Made by a program: the position numbers and the translations under genes
The notes under the pieces: generated by a model
What the model saw: only the letters and a program-made list of their open reading frames with translations
Database searches by the model: none
Told to the model about the DNA's origin: nothing
Assembly (NCBI GenBank): GCA_017456625.1
Contig: JAFTJB010000054.1
Coordinates: 1-59,538, forward strand
From: Clostridia bacterium
Lineage (GTDB): Bacteria > Bacillota > Clostridia > Oscillospirales > CAG-272
Direction: 5' to 3'
Length of the DNA: 59,538 bases
Shown here: positions 35,493 through 44,562 of the stretch, one piece after another
Layout of the letters: the number at the start of each line of letters is the position of its first letter
Numbering within the stretch: position 1 is the first letter of the stretch

Positions 35493-37979
35493 TTATAGCT
35501 TTGTCAGCTTTGCGTAAGTAGCCATGAGCTTTTTGGTACCGACTCGATCAAAGATGATCTCATAAAGGATATCGGCTCCCATGGGCTTTGCGGAAAGGAT
35601 CTCTCCTGTTCCAAAGGTCATATGCTTGACGCGGTCTCCCGGCCGGAAGGCGGTCTTTGCGGTATCCTTTTTTGGGGTGGTGAGCGGCTTGCCGACGGTG
35701 ATGTCGTTTGCGGGGTTGCGTTCGGAATAATAGGTGCGCTTCTGTGTGATGGGTGCCTCTGCGCCGCGCTGTCCGTAAACGTTGCCGCCTGCCATCGCGC
35801 CGCGGTAGGTGTTGTACGCGCCTGTTGCCACGCCGAACGTGCCGCGCGGTGCCGTCTTCATTGCGTACGGATCCTCCTTCTTTTCAATGAGCGAAGAAGG
35901 GATCTCGCTGACAAAGCGGGAAATGGGGTTATACATAGTCTGTCCGTAGAGGAGTCGGCTGCGTGTGTGCAGGATGTAGAGCTGCTTTTTTGCGCGCGTG
36001 ATCGCGACGTACGCGAGTCTGCGCTCCTCCTCCATCTCTGCTTCTCCCGCAGTCACGGTCTGCATACCGGGGAAGAGCCCGTCCTCCATACCGGGGAGAA
36101 AGACGTTGGGGAATTCCAGCCCCTTTGCGCTATGGACTGTCATGAGGACAACGGCATCGGCGCTTTCATCGTATCGGTCAACATCGGCAACGAGAGCGGT
36201 CTCCTCCAAAAATCCGGTCAGAGTCGGCTCTTCGTTTTCCTTCATGAATTCGAGAATACCCGATTTGAACTCATCGAGGTTTTCCAATCGCTCGGCTTCC
36301 TCGGCGCCCGCATCAATGAGCATCTGGCGGTAGCCCGATCGGTCGAGCATCATATCGAAGAGCACGTCGGGGGCTACGGTCTTTGCAGCCTCGGTCAGTC
36401 CCTCAATGAGGCTTGCGAACTGCAAAAGTGTGTTGCGGCTACGGTCGAGCGCGGTGTAGCGATCTGCCGTGGCAATGACCTCAAATTGGCTGCAATTCTG
36501 CTCTGCGGCAATTGTGGCGATCGCCTCAAGGGTCTTGTCTCCGATCTTTCTCCTTGGCTCGTTGATGATACGGCGGAGACGGAGATTGTCGTCGTGGTTG
36601 TTGATGAGCTGAAGATATGCGACAGCATCACGGATCTCCTTGCGATCGGAGAAGCGTGTGCCGCCAATGACACGGTAGGGAACTGCCGCGCGCGCGAACG
36701 CCTTCTCAATGCTCTGCGCTTGTGCGTTGGTTCGGTAAAGGATAGCAAAATCGCGGTAGGTCGCTTCCTTTTTGGCGACTGCGCGGTTGACGGTGTCAAT
36801 GATCTGACGCGCCTCGGCGTTTTGATCGTCACAGCAGATCTGTTGGATCTTCGCACCGTCTCCCTGTGCGGTCCAGAGCGTTTTGCCCTTTCTTCCCGCG
36901 TTGTGGGCAATGACCGCGTTTGCCGCGTCGAGAATGGTCTGCGTGGAGCGGTAATTCTGCTCTAACTTGATGACCTTTGCGTTGGGGAAGGTACGGTCAA
37001 AGGAGAGAATGTTTTCAATGGTCGCACCACGGAATTTGTAGATGCTTTGGTCGTCGTCTCCGACTACCATGAGATTTTGATAGAAGCCCGAGAGCAGGAC
37101 GGTGAGCTGAAGCTGCGCGATATTGGTATCCTGAAACTCATCCACGCAAACGTAGCGAAAGCGTTGCTGATAGGATTTGCGGACATCCTCGTGGTTTTTC
37201 AGCAGCAGAACGGTCTGCATGATCAGGTCATCAAAGTCAAGCGCATTGGATTCGCGCAGGAGCATCTGGTAGGTCTCGTAAACGCGGGAGATCTGCTTTT
37301 TGCGGAAGTCTCCGCCTGCCTCCATTGCAAAGAGATCGGGAGTGAGGAGCGAGTCCTTTGCGCGGCTGATCGCGTTCATCACGCCCTTGACGGGGAGGAG
37401 CTTTTCATCGATGGAGCAACGGCGCATTGCTTCCAGCATTGCTTTCTTGGTGTCGTCCGTATCGTAAATGGTAAAGCCGTCGCGGTAGCCCATGCGATCG
37501 CCGTGACGGCGTAGGATGCGCACGCAGACCGAATGGAAGGTGCCCGTGACGATCTCGGAGGCAGTCGCCTCGTCGTCGGGAAACATTTTGGAGAGGCGTT
37601 CCTTGATCTCGTTTGCCGCCTTGTTGGTAAAGGTGATGGCAAGAATACGGTAGGGGGCGCAGGCATCGCTTGCAAATTGCGGGAGGATGAATTCCTCGAT
37701 CTCGGATGTGGGGAGCGTCAACGCGTTTTCCAGCTCCGCCACGCGACGTTCATCCACTCCATAGGGGATATATTCACTGTAATACGCGTTGCCGTAACGG
37801 ATGATGAATGCGATACGGCGAACGAGGACGGTGGTCTTGCCGCTTCCCGCACCCGCCAGAACGAGGAGCGGATCGTTGACGGTAAAGACCGCATCGCGCT
37901 GCTTTTCGTTGAGCGATTGATAGACCTTATCAAATAATTTTTGCTTGATCTCAAGATATTTTTGTTCGATATGTTCCAT
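35493..37979 (-). CDS. pcrA: ATP-dependent DNA helicase PcrA (UvrD/Rep superfamily 1)
   Basis: Walker A AGAGSGKT, VDEFQDTN, VGDDDQSIYKFRGA, plus a C-terminal Tudor-like tail. Confidence 0.9.
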   Translation of the reverse strand: MEHIEQKYLEIKQKLFDKVYQSLNEKQRDAVFTVNDPLLVLAGAGSGKTTVLVRRIAFIIRYGNAYYSEYIPYGVDERRVAELENALTLPTSEIEEFILPQFASDACAPYRILAITFTNKAANEIKERLSKMFPDDEATASEIVTGTFHSVCVRILRRHGDRMGYRDGFTIYDTDDTKKAMLEAMRRCSIDEKLLPVKGVMNAISRAKDSLLTPDLFAMEAGGDFRKKQISRVYETYQMLLRESNALDFDDLIMQTVLLLKNHEDVRKSYQQRFRYVCVDEFQDTNIAQLQLTVLLSGFYQNLMVVGDDDQSIYKFRGATIENILSFDRTFPNAKVIKLEQNYRSTQTILDAANAVIAHNAGRKGKTLWTAQGDGAKIQQICCDDQNAEARQIIDTVNRAVAKKEATYRDFAILYRTNAQAQSIEKAFARAAVPYRVIGGTRFSDRKEIRDAVAYLQLINNHDDNLRLRRIINEPRRKIGDKTLEAIATIAAEQNCSQFEVIATADRYTALDRSRNTLLQFASLIEGLTEAAKTVAPDVLFDMMLDRSGYRQMLIDAGAEEAERLENLDEFKSGILEFMKENEEPTLTGFLEETALVADVDRYDESADAVVLMTVHSAKGLEFPNVFLPGMEDGLFPGMQTVTAGEAEMEEERRLAYVAITRAKKQLYILHTRSRLLYGQTMYNPISRFVSEIPSSLIEKKEDPYAMKTAPRGTFGVATGAYNTYRGAMAGGNVYGQRGAEAPITQKRTYYSERNPANDITVGKPLTTPKKDTAKTAFRPGDRVKHMTFGTGEILSAKPMGADILYEIIFDRVGTKKLMATYAKLTKL

Positions 37980-37989
37980 TGAAAATCCT

Positions 37990-38841
37990 TTACTGTAGTG
38001 CCTTTTCGTAGGCTTTTTTCATATAGAGCGCATCCTCTGCCTGCGTGCCCGCGGACTCGCAAATGATGCGCGGCGTTACGCCCTCGCGCACGATCGCCTC
38101 GGCAAGCGGCTCAAAAAAGGGACCGAATTCCTCATCTGCAAAGGTGAGGTGCTTTTTTTCTCCCGCATTGGTGTATGCAATCTTGGAAAAATGGCAGTGC
38201 AGGTCCTTGGCATAGTGATCTCCGAGTGCCGAGCCGATCTCGTCAAAGACACGGCGATAGCTGTCGACGTCGGGGAACGCACCGCCAATGTTGCGCGCGT
38301 TAAGATGTCCAAAGTCGACGACGGGTGCGAACAGGGGAGAGACGCGGCATTGCTCAATGACCTCCCCGAGTGTACCGAGCTGATTGACCTTTCCCATTGT
38401 CTCAATGCCGAGACGGATCTTGGTGTCGGCAAATTCCGCCGCAACGCGCGCCAAGGTATCGCAAGAGAGCGCCATTGCCTGCTCGCGGGAGATCTTTGCG
38501 GCGCTTCCGCTGTGGATAACGACGGTGTCGGCACCCAGCAGCTCTGCTGCCCAGAGCGATTTGCGGATATACTCGATGCTTTTGAGGCGCTTTTCCTCCT
38601 CAACGCCCGAGAGCGAAATAAAATAAGGGGTATGAAGCGACATGAGAATGTTGTGCTCACGCGCCTTGACACCAATGGCGCGCAGGGTCGATTCTCCCGC
38701 GCTGATGCCGTTGCCCGCCTCGTATTCAAATGCGTCAAGCCCGTATTTTTCAAGCCAACCGGGAGATTGAAGGGTAGATTTGTTGCCCTCCGCGTAAAAA
38801 AGGTCGCCGTTTCCGCCCGGCCCGAATGTTGCACGATCCAT
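37990..38841 (-). CDS. TIM-barrel protein of the endonuclease IV / xylose-isomerase-like family
   Basis: Start at ATG 38841 (MDRATFGPGG). Contains LHTPYFISL, VVIHSG, HFSKI. Lies 10 nt upstream of pcrA on the same strand. Confidence 0.6.
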   Translation of the reverse strand: MDRATFGPGGNGDLFYAEGNKSTLQSPGWLEKYGLDAFEYEAGNGISAGESTLRAIGVKAREHNILMSLHTPYFISLSGVEEEKRLKSIEYIRKSLWAAELLGADTVVIHSGSAAKISREQAMALSCDTLARVAAEFADTKIRLGIETMGKVNQLGTLGEVIEQCRVSPLFAPVVDFGHLNARNIGGAFPDVDSYRRVFDEIGSALGDHYAKDLHCHFSKIAYTNAGEKKHLTFADEEFGPFFEPLAEAIVREGVTPRIICESAGTQAEDALYMKKAYEKALQ

Positions 38842-38920
38842 AATTTTTCTCCTCCGTTTGCTTCGTATCAATATCTATATTATATCCCAATTGCCCCGAA
38901 AAGTCAAGACGGGGAGAGAC

Positions 38921-38952
38921 AAAAACCCCACCGAAGGCGACTTTCGGTGGGG
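38921..38952 (-). terminator. Canonical rho-independent terminator inside a divergent intergenic region, with no intact gene to terminate
   Basis: On the minus strand: ccccaccgaa-agtcgcc-ttcggtgggg followed by ttttt. Confidence 0.7.
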
Positions 38953-38957
38953 AAGGA

Positions 38958-39131
38958 TCAATTGTATTTTTCCATAAATCCATTGACAATGGAGTGTATA
39001 TGTACATCGAGATGCTCGGCAACCATGCCTTTTTCGGATGCGTCCATTCCGTAAAATGCTTCTGTGACTGCGCCTGCCTCGTCGAGGAATTTCGTGTGGA
39101 CGAAACGTGTAAAAAAATAGGACTTGAAATT
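38958..39131 (-). pseudogene. Possible 3' gene remnant: 57 sense codons with no usable start
   Basis: Minus-strand frame reads NFKSYFFTRFVHTKFLDEAGAVTEAFYGMDASEKGMVAEHLDVHIHSIVNGFMEKYN-stop, directly followed by the terminator at 38921..38952. The only in-frame ATG (39047) would give 29 aa. Confidence 0.35.
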
Positions 39132-39151
39132 TTAAAATGCGATGATATAAT
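39124..39151 (+). promoter_or_regulatory. Extended -10 promoter for the GH127-like gene
   Basis: TTGAAA (39124-39129), 16-nt spacer, TGaTATAAT ending at 39151. Confidence 0.55.
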
Positions 39152-39201
39152 GAAAATAAGAGCGTGTTCATGTACGCGAAAGGATGAAGGAAGGACGAAA
39201 A

Positions 39202-41133
39202 ATGGATTATAGTATCAAAGACCGTGTGATCCCCGCAAAGCTGTGCGACATTGAGCTTGGCAGTATGTCGCGCGTGCTTTCCGATCGCTTTTTTGAAGAG
39301 CGGATTTTCTCGGATTTTGCGAAAGAGGTGATCTACAAGGAAGCGGAGGATGCCTTTGCCAATCAGATCGATGATGAAGGATACATCGGTGTATGGCAGG
39401 GTGAATTCTGGGGAAAATGGGTCATTGGTGCCGCGGAGGTTTGTAAATACACCCAAAGCAAGGAGCTGCTTGAGTTCCTTCGTCGGGGCTGCTACAAGCT
39501 TTTGACCTATGCACGTGAGGACGGGTATCTCAATACCTATAAAAATTCTCTCAACGTGTTCCGCGTGGATCGCGATGAGGCAAAGCTGAGATGCAATATG
39601 CGCGTGGATTGGAATTGGAATATCTGGTGCCGAAAGTATACGCTTTGGGGACTGCTTTCGGTTTATGAGATCACGGAGGATCAAAAGATCCTTGCAGGTG
39701 CGCGTGCGCTTGCCGATCAGCTCATTGACGAGCTTGCGGCGAATGGGATCGAACTGAGCGATACGGGAACGTTCGTCGGTATGCCGAGCTGCTCGATCCT
39801 CAAGCCGATGCTCATGCTCTACGGCTTTACCGACAGCAAAAAATACCTCGATTTTTGCATCGAGCACATTGCAAGCAGATGGGAAAGGGAGGACGGCGCT
39901 TGCCCAAATCTCATTACCAACGCGCTCTCGGGCAAGCGGCTGACCGAGTGGTACCCCAATTCCGATGCGTGGGCAAAGGCATATGAGATGATGTCCTGCT
40001 ATGAGGGTGTTTGCGAGCTATATCGCTATACGGGTACGGAAAAATATCTCAAGGCAGCAGAGGGCATTTACGAGATCTTGAAAAAATATGAGATGAATCC
40101 CTCCTTCAGCGTGGCATACAACGACGTGTTTGCCGATGCGGCAGACGAGATCAATCTGATCAGCGAGCCCTGCGACGCGATCCATTGGCTCCGTCTGTGC
40201 TACGAGCTTTTCTGCCTGACGGGTGACGTCAAATACATGGATAGCACCGAATTGACCTATTACAACGCGTTTCTCGCGGGTGTATTTAAGGATGGACGTT
40301 GGGGCGCGCGCGGTATTCGCGGTGCGGGTGCTCCCATGTGGGCAGAGCAGCAGGCCGGTATGCAGTATCAGCATTGCTGTGTCAACAATATGCCCCGTGC
40401 CTTTATGCGGATCGCGGAGACGGCGGTCATGCAGACGGAGGAGGCGATCCTTGTCAACCTCTACGAGGCAACGAGCGTCACAATTCGCTATGAGGGAGGA
40501 TCGGCAGAGGTCACGGTCAGCGACGGATATTTTGAAAGCGGAAGAGTGGCTGTGCGCGTTGCGTACACGGGCGAGAGAAGGCCACTTCGCTTCCGTATTC
40601 CCGCTTGGTGCGAGCACGCGGAGGTGACGGTTGACGGAACCGAGATCGAGACCGCGAGCGCGATCGGATACGTAGCGGTCGAGCCTTTTGCCGATGCTTG
40701 CACGGTTGAAATCGATTTCCACTTTGAATTGAAGCTTGTAGCGTTTGATAAGCCCGTGCCGCAGTACGATGAGCTGATCAACGGGAAGCCGCACTGGAAG
40801 GTTGCACGCTGGATCAACAGGAAGACGAAGGGCGAAACGACCGAGGATCTGTTCCTGCGCGAGGCGCGTTGCAGACTCATGTACGGTCCGCTTCTTTTGG
40901 CACGATCCAAGGAGATCGGCAGCACCGAGGAGGAGATGTTTGGAGATCAGTGCGTGGATGGTTCCTACACCGCAAGGGTCATTGCCGCGCGCGGCGAGAG
41001 TGAAAACGTACGTCTGATGCTTGACGTAGAGCTTTCAAACGGAACTGATACGGTGAACACGACGGTATGTGATTTTGCGTCTGCGGGCAATCAAAAGCTT
41101 GACGATACGCGGTATGTCAGCATGTATTTATGA
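39202..41133 (+). CDS. GH127/DUF1680-like glycoside hydrolase (beta-L-arabinofuranosidase family)
   Basis: Start at ATG 39202 (MDYSIKDRV). (alpha/alpha)6-like N-terminal half and a QHCCVNNMPR cysteine motif resembling the GH127 Zn/Cys site. Confidence 0.6.
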   Translation: MDYSIKDRVIPAKLCDIELGSMSRVLSDRFFEERIFSDFAKEVIYKEAEDAFANQIDDEGYIGVWQGEFWGKWVIGAAEVCKYTQSKELLEFLRRGCYKLLTYAREDGYLNTYKNSLNVFRVDRDEAKLRCNMRVDWNWNIWCRKYTLWGLLSVYEITEDQKILAGARALADQLIDELAANGIELSDTGTFVGMPSCSILKPMLMLYGFTDSKKYLDFCIEHIASRWEREDGACPNLITNALSGKRLTEWYPNSDAWAKAYEMMSCYEGVCELYRYTGTEKYLKAAEGIYEILKKYEMNPSFSVAYNDVFADAADEINLISEPCDAIHWLRLCYELFCLTGDVKYMDSTELTYYNAFLAGVFKDGRWGARGIRGAGAPMWAEQQAGMQYQHCCVNNMPRAFMRIAETAVMQTEEAILVNLYEATSVTIRYEGGSAEVTVSDGYFESGRVAVRVAYTGERRPLRFRIPAWCEHAEVTVDGTEIETASAIGYVAVEPFADACTVEIDFHFELKLVAFDKPVPQYDELINGKPHWKVARWINRKTKGETTEDLFLREARCRLMYGPLLLARSKEIGSTEEEMFGDQCVDGSYTARVIAARGESENVRLMLDVELSNGTDTVNTTVCDFASAGNQKLDDTRYVSMYL

Positions 41134-41135
41134 GC

Positions 41136-41168
41136 CAAAAAGATCCTCTCGTTGAGAGGATCTTTTTT
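41136..41168 (+). terminator. Rho-independent terminator after the GH127-like gene
   Basis: aaaaagatcctctc-gttg-agaggatcttttt. Confidence 0.8.
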
Positions 41169-41237
41169 GCTTTGGGCTTGACTTTCCACCCGAAAGTGCT
41201 ATAATGAGATTGACGGCTTTGAATGGGAGGAAATGCT

Positions 41238-41981
41238 ATGAAAATTACGTTTTTAGGTACGTCACACGGAGTTCCTGCGGCGGATAGATTCTGCTCGTGC
41301 AGTATGATCGAGGCAGGGGATGCGGTATATTTTATCGATGCGGGTGCGCCGCTTGTCGAATCTGTGCTCAAGGCCGGACGGCAGGTGTCGGACGTTCGCG
41401 CGCTCTTTACCACACACGTTCACGGAGACCACACAGCGGGGCTTTTCCATCTCGCGGATCTGGTGGATTGGTATTATAGGGAGCACAGTATGGACTTTTA
41501 CGTTGCGGACGGTTGCCTTGTCGACGCGACCAAGGGGATGATCGTTGCTTGCAATGGCGGAAAGGCGGTTCACGAGGACCGTGTGCGCTTCCACGTGATC
41601 GATCCCTCTGTTCCTTATGAGGACGAAAATATTAAGATCGAATTTATTCCCACCAAGCATATGCCCGAGCCCTACCACTCCTATTCGATGCTTGTCACCG
41701 AGGGGGATCGCCGCGTTTTGTTCTCGGGCGATTTTTCCAACAGGCTTGCAAAGGCAGACGTTCCCGAGCTTCTCTCCGAGGAGCCCGTGGATGCGTTTAT
41801 TTGCGAGATGGCGCACTTTGGTGTGGAGGATATCAAGCCTTATCTCGATACCTGCAAGGCAAAGGCGGTCTATTTTCAACACGTTTTTCCTCTTGTCAAG
41901 TATGATGGCATCAAGGAGATCAGCAAAAGCTACGATTTCCCGATCTACACACCGAACGACGGAGACTCGTTCGAGGTTTAA
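41238..41981 (+). CDS. MBL-fold metallo-hydrolase
   Basis: Start at ATG 41238 (MKITFLGTSHG). HxHxDH motif THVHGDHTAG. Paralogue of 53505..54305. Confidence 0.8.
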   Translation: MKITFLGTSHGVPAADRFCSCSMIEAGDAVYFIDAGAPLVESVLKAGRQVSDVRALFTTHVHGDHTAGLFHLADLVDWYYREHSMDFYVADGCLVDATKGMIVACNGGKAVHEDRVRFHVIDPSVPYEDENIKIEFIPTKHMPEPYHSYSMLVTEGDRRVLFSGDFSNRLAKADVPELLSEEPVDAFICEMAHFGVEDIKPYLDTCKAKAVYFQHVFPLVKYDGIKEISKSYDFPIYTPNDGDSFEV

Positions 41982-41982
41982 T

Positions 41983-42020
41983 AATAATGGGACTCTCTTT
42001 GAACAGAGAGTCCCATTATT
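41983..42020. terminator. Bidirectional 16-bp hairpin terminator between convergent genes
   Basis: aataatgggactctct-ttgaac-agagagtcccattatt. Confidence 0.75.
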
Positions 42021-42022
42021 GT

Positions 42023-42811
42023 TTATGAGATCGAGAGCTTTTTCCATCCCATGCTTCTGCCGATCGGATCGGCGGGAGCAAAAAGACCGAGGGCGCAGAG
42101 CGCGCGAACAGCGGAATAGGCATCTCTGCCGCGAATCTTGGCAAGATCCGAGAATTGCTTGACCGTGAAGTGATCGGGGAGTGCCTCGGGGATCATAAAG
42201 ACAAAATCGCAGGGGCGCGAGAGTGTAAGATCGTCAAGGAGGGCGAGCGGGATCCGCTCGTATTTCTTTGCGCCGAGCTTGCGGTTCTTCTTCCTTCCCG
42301 AGAGCAGGCGGAAGTCCTCTGCCTCAATGAGCAGAATGCGGAAGCGCAGACGTGGATTTCCAAGCGCGGGGAGAAGTCCGTATAACTCGGCAAGCAGATC
42401 CTCGGGTCGTCCCCTTTGCGGCGAGCGCTTCCTGTCTGTCAGCTCTCCCGTTTTGGGATCCATCCATGACACCCATTTTTTGACCGCGATGGGGTGAACG
42501 ACCGTGATTGTGCAATCGGTGTGCGCAAGGTAATGGAGGATCTTTTTCTGCATGGGATAAAACGCGCCTGTCTGCACCTCAAAGATCTCGTTTTCGATGC
42601 GAACGTCGGACACGTATCTTGTATTCGGGACACCGACCTCGTGAAAATCCTCGTTTTCGCAGAGATATCGCTTGATAATAACGTGCAGTCTCTTTTCGGC
42701 AAGTGTGCCGATACCCGCCTCGCCCGAGGTGTGCTTTTGCAGCAGCATCTCACGGCAGAGCCGTGCAAAGCGAGCCTGCTTTTCCGCAAATAAAAGCTCG
42801 TCGAGTGGCAT
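42023..42811 (-). CDS. Conserved-looking hypothetical protein with a putative PD-(D/E)xK-like (E-x-Q variant) nuclease core
   Basis: Start at ATG 42811 (MPLDELLF), 1 nt after the upstream stop. Contains RYVSDVRIENEIFEVQTG and a basic C-terminal half. The family assignment is inference only. Confidence 0.5.
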   Translation of the reverse strand: MPLDELLFAEKQARFARLCREMLLQKHTSGEAGIGTLAEKRLHVIIKRYLCENEDFHEVGVPNTRYVSDVRIENEIFEVQTGAFYPMQKKILHYLAHTDCTITVVHPIAVKKWVSWMDPKTGELTDRKRSPQRGRPEDLLAELYGLLPALGNPRLRFRILLIEAEDFRLLSGRKKNRKLGAKKYERIPLALLDDLTLSRPCDFVFMIPEALPDHFTVKQFSDLAKIRGRDAYSAVRALCALGLFAPADPIGRSMGWKKLSIS

Positions 42812-42812
42812 A

Positions 42813-43139
42813 TCAGCGATAGTAAACGTAAAAAACGATGATGGTGCGCTCGCGTCCGCCGTGCTCAAGGTCGGGAGCGGTAATGACCACGCCGTCCTTG
42901 GAGAGAAGCTCCCACGCTTGCATCTGTTCCACCTTGCAGCGGAGGATGACGTCGGAGGAGGCAAAGACGATCAGCTCGTCGTCGCGGATATTGAGTCCGC
43001 CGTTGCGACCGATGACCTCATCTACGCCGTTGATCTTTTCCGTAACGTAGCGGATGTGGTGATTGCACATTTGCTTTGCCATTTCCCAGCGGTATTGCTT
43101 GCTGTTGGGATTTTTCTTTCTGCCAAAAAGCTTGAACAT
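42813..43139 (-). CDS. Small hypothetical soluble protein (108 aa)
   Basis: ORF in operon context. Predicted beta-rich, with no motif I recognise. Confidence 0.5.
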   Translation of the reverse strand: MFKLFGRKKNPNSKQYRWEMAKQMCNHHIRYVTEKINGVDEVIGRNGGLNIRDDELIVFASSDVILRCKVEQMQAWELLSKDGVVITAPDLEHGGRERTIIVFYVYYR

Positions 43140-43166
43140 GGTAGCTTCCTTTCTGTGTAAAGCGGT

Positions 43167-43817
43167 TTAAGGCTCCGTTGCGGCGGAGCGTTTCTTATAC
43201 AAGCGGAACATATCGAGACGGAGCGATTCCTGCAGGGGGAGCGTGAAGAAAAACAGGAAGAGCGAGAGTGCCGTGACGATCGCGAGGATAAGCTGATCGG
43301 GGATGCCGAAATAGGTGATCTCCATAGGCATGCCGAGTCTGCTGTCGTAGAGGGCAAGCAGGATCTGCGGGAAGAAGGAGAGGACGAGCGGAATAAAATG
43401 GAAGATCGCGTAGCAGGGATGGTTGAACCAAACGAAGCCGAAGAGCTTTTTTGCGCGATTGGAAAGGGTGGAAGTCGGAGCGGCGTGGAATGCAAAAATT
43501 GGGCAGAGCAGGGAGTGCAACGCCAATATCACAAGCCAGACGAGCCCGATCCAAAACACGGCGGTAAAGAAGAGCATGACATACGCAAAAACCAGCGCGT
43601 TGGGTCCGATCCCCGTGGTGTCAAGCGCATCTTGACAGCTATTCCACGTGTTGGAAACGAGCGAAAAGAGTCCCATTCCCTCGTGTGTGATACCCGCGTA
43701 GGTAAAATAGAAGCGGGGAAGGGCGCAGAGCAGTATTGTGACGGCGCAGAGCAGGACGGGGGCGAGATAGGCGCACCAAACGGCAAGCACGGCGCGTACG
43801 TTCTTCTCTTTTGACAT
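43167..43817 (-). CDS. Hypothetical polytopic membrane protein (about 5-6 TM segments)
   Basis: Start at ATG 43817 (MSKEKNVRAVLAVW), overlapping the HD-gene stop (TAATG). Confidence 0.55.
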   Translation of the reverse strand: MSKEKNVRAVLAVWCAYLAPVLLCAVTILLCALPRFYFTYAGITHEGMGLFSLVSNTWNSCQDALDTTGIGPNALVFAYVMLFFTAVFWIGLVWLVILALHSLLCPIFAFHAAPTSTLSNRAKKLFGFVWFNHPCYAIFHFIPLVLSFFPQILLALYDSRLGMPMEITYFGIPDQLILAIVTALSLFLFFFTLPLQESLRLDMFRLYKKRSAATEP

Positions 43818-44407
43818 TATTTTCCGCCTGCCAGCTTGCCTTCCATGAGGAATGCCGCCTCCATGTCCGCACAGCAAAGCGCGTAGGCGAGCGGGAACAT
43901 TTCCAGGGCACGTCCGACGTTGCCGGGATCCTCGGTGCCCGAGAAGCCCATGTGATAGCGGATCGCGAATGCCTCATCGCGGGTCAGACGCAGAAAGCCC
44001 GAGACGATGTAGACCGACTTTTCTCCGTGCCCGTAGGGGAGATTGTCCTCAATGGTGTAGTAGGGAACGCTCACCCATTTTCCGTTTTCGTCCTTGGCGT
44101 TGCGGAAGGAGGTCTTATAGAAATTGACCTTGCAGATGTCGTGCATGAGTGCGGCGATGGCAATGCTCTCATCGCTGTATTCAATACCGTACAGCTCCTT
44201 TACGCGCGGACGGTTGAGAATGTCAACGAGGCAGTCGTAGACGTTGAGGCTGTGGGCGAGCAGACCACCCTCGCAGGCGCCGTGGTAGCGCGTGCTGGCG
44301 GGAGCGGTGAAAAAGTCGCTTTTTTGCAAAAATTCGAGGAGCTTATCCGCACCCTCGCGCTTGATCTTATCATTGTAGATCTCCAAAAAACGTTCTTGAT
44401 TGGTCAT
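43817..44407 (-). CDS. HD-domain phosphohydrolase
   Basis: RYHGACEGGLLAHSL and AALMHDICK (H...HD...D pattern). AAGGA SD upstream. Confidence 0.75.
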   Translation of the reverse strand: MTNQERFLEIYNDKIKREGADKLLEFLQKSDFFTAPASTRYHGACEGGLLAHSLNVYDCLVDILNRPRVKELYGIEYSDESIAIAALMHDICKVNFYKTSFRNAKDENGKWVSVPYYTIEDNLPYGHGEKSVYIVSGFLRLTRDEAFAIRYHMGFSGTEDPGNVGRALEMFPLAYALCCADMEAAFLMEGKLAGGK

Positions 44408-44562
44408 GGTCTTATCCTTTCCAAACTGAATTGATTGCTTCTATTTTACCATGCGAGGAGGAAGTTGTAAAGAATTATTTACAAAAAAATTGAAAAGACA
44501 TAAAATATTCATAATTGTAAGATATAATGAACTTAACACAGATTGAAACGGAGGACGTTGAA

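Noticed and set aside
35329-35517. Small ORFs that translate through the hairpin repeats, for example 35329..35517 (+), 35170..35460 (-), 48324..48524 (-) and the 5' end of 48546..50021 (+). They give recurring peptide strings such as REELLKEKFPPSPSL.
   Set aside because: The recurring peptide strings are a by-product of translating a palindromic DNA repeat in both directions. There are no SD sites, and the copies differ by indels that would break any frame.
38875-39867. 330-aa minus-strand ORF spanning the intergenic region and the 5' third of the GH127-like gene.
   Set aside because: It overlaps a plus-strand gene that has an SD, a promoter and family-like motifs. It also runs through a terminator hairpin and a promoter. 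Only a different minus-strand frame (38958..39131) looks protein-like, and that is reported separately as a remnant.
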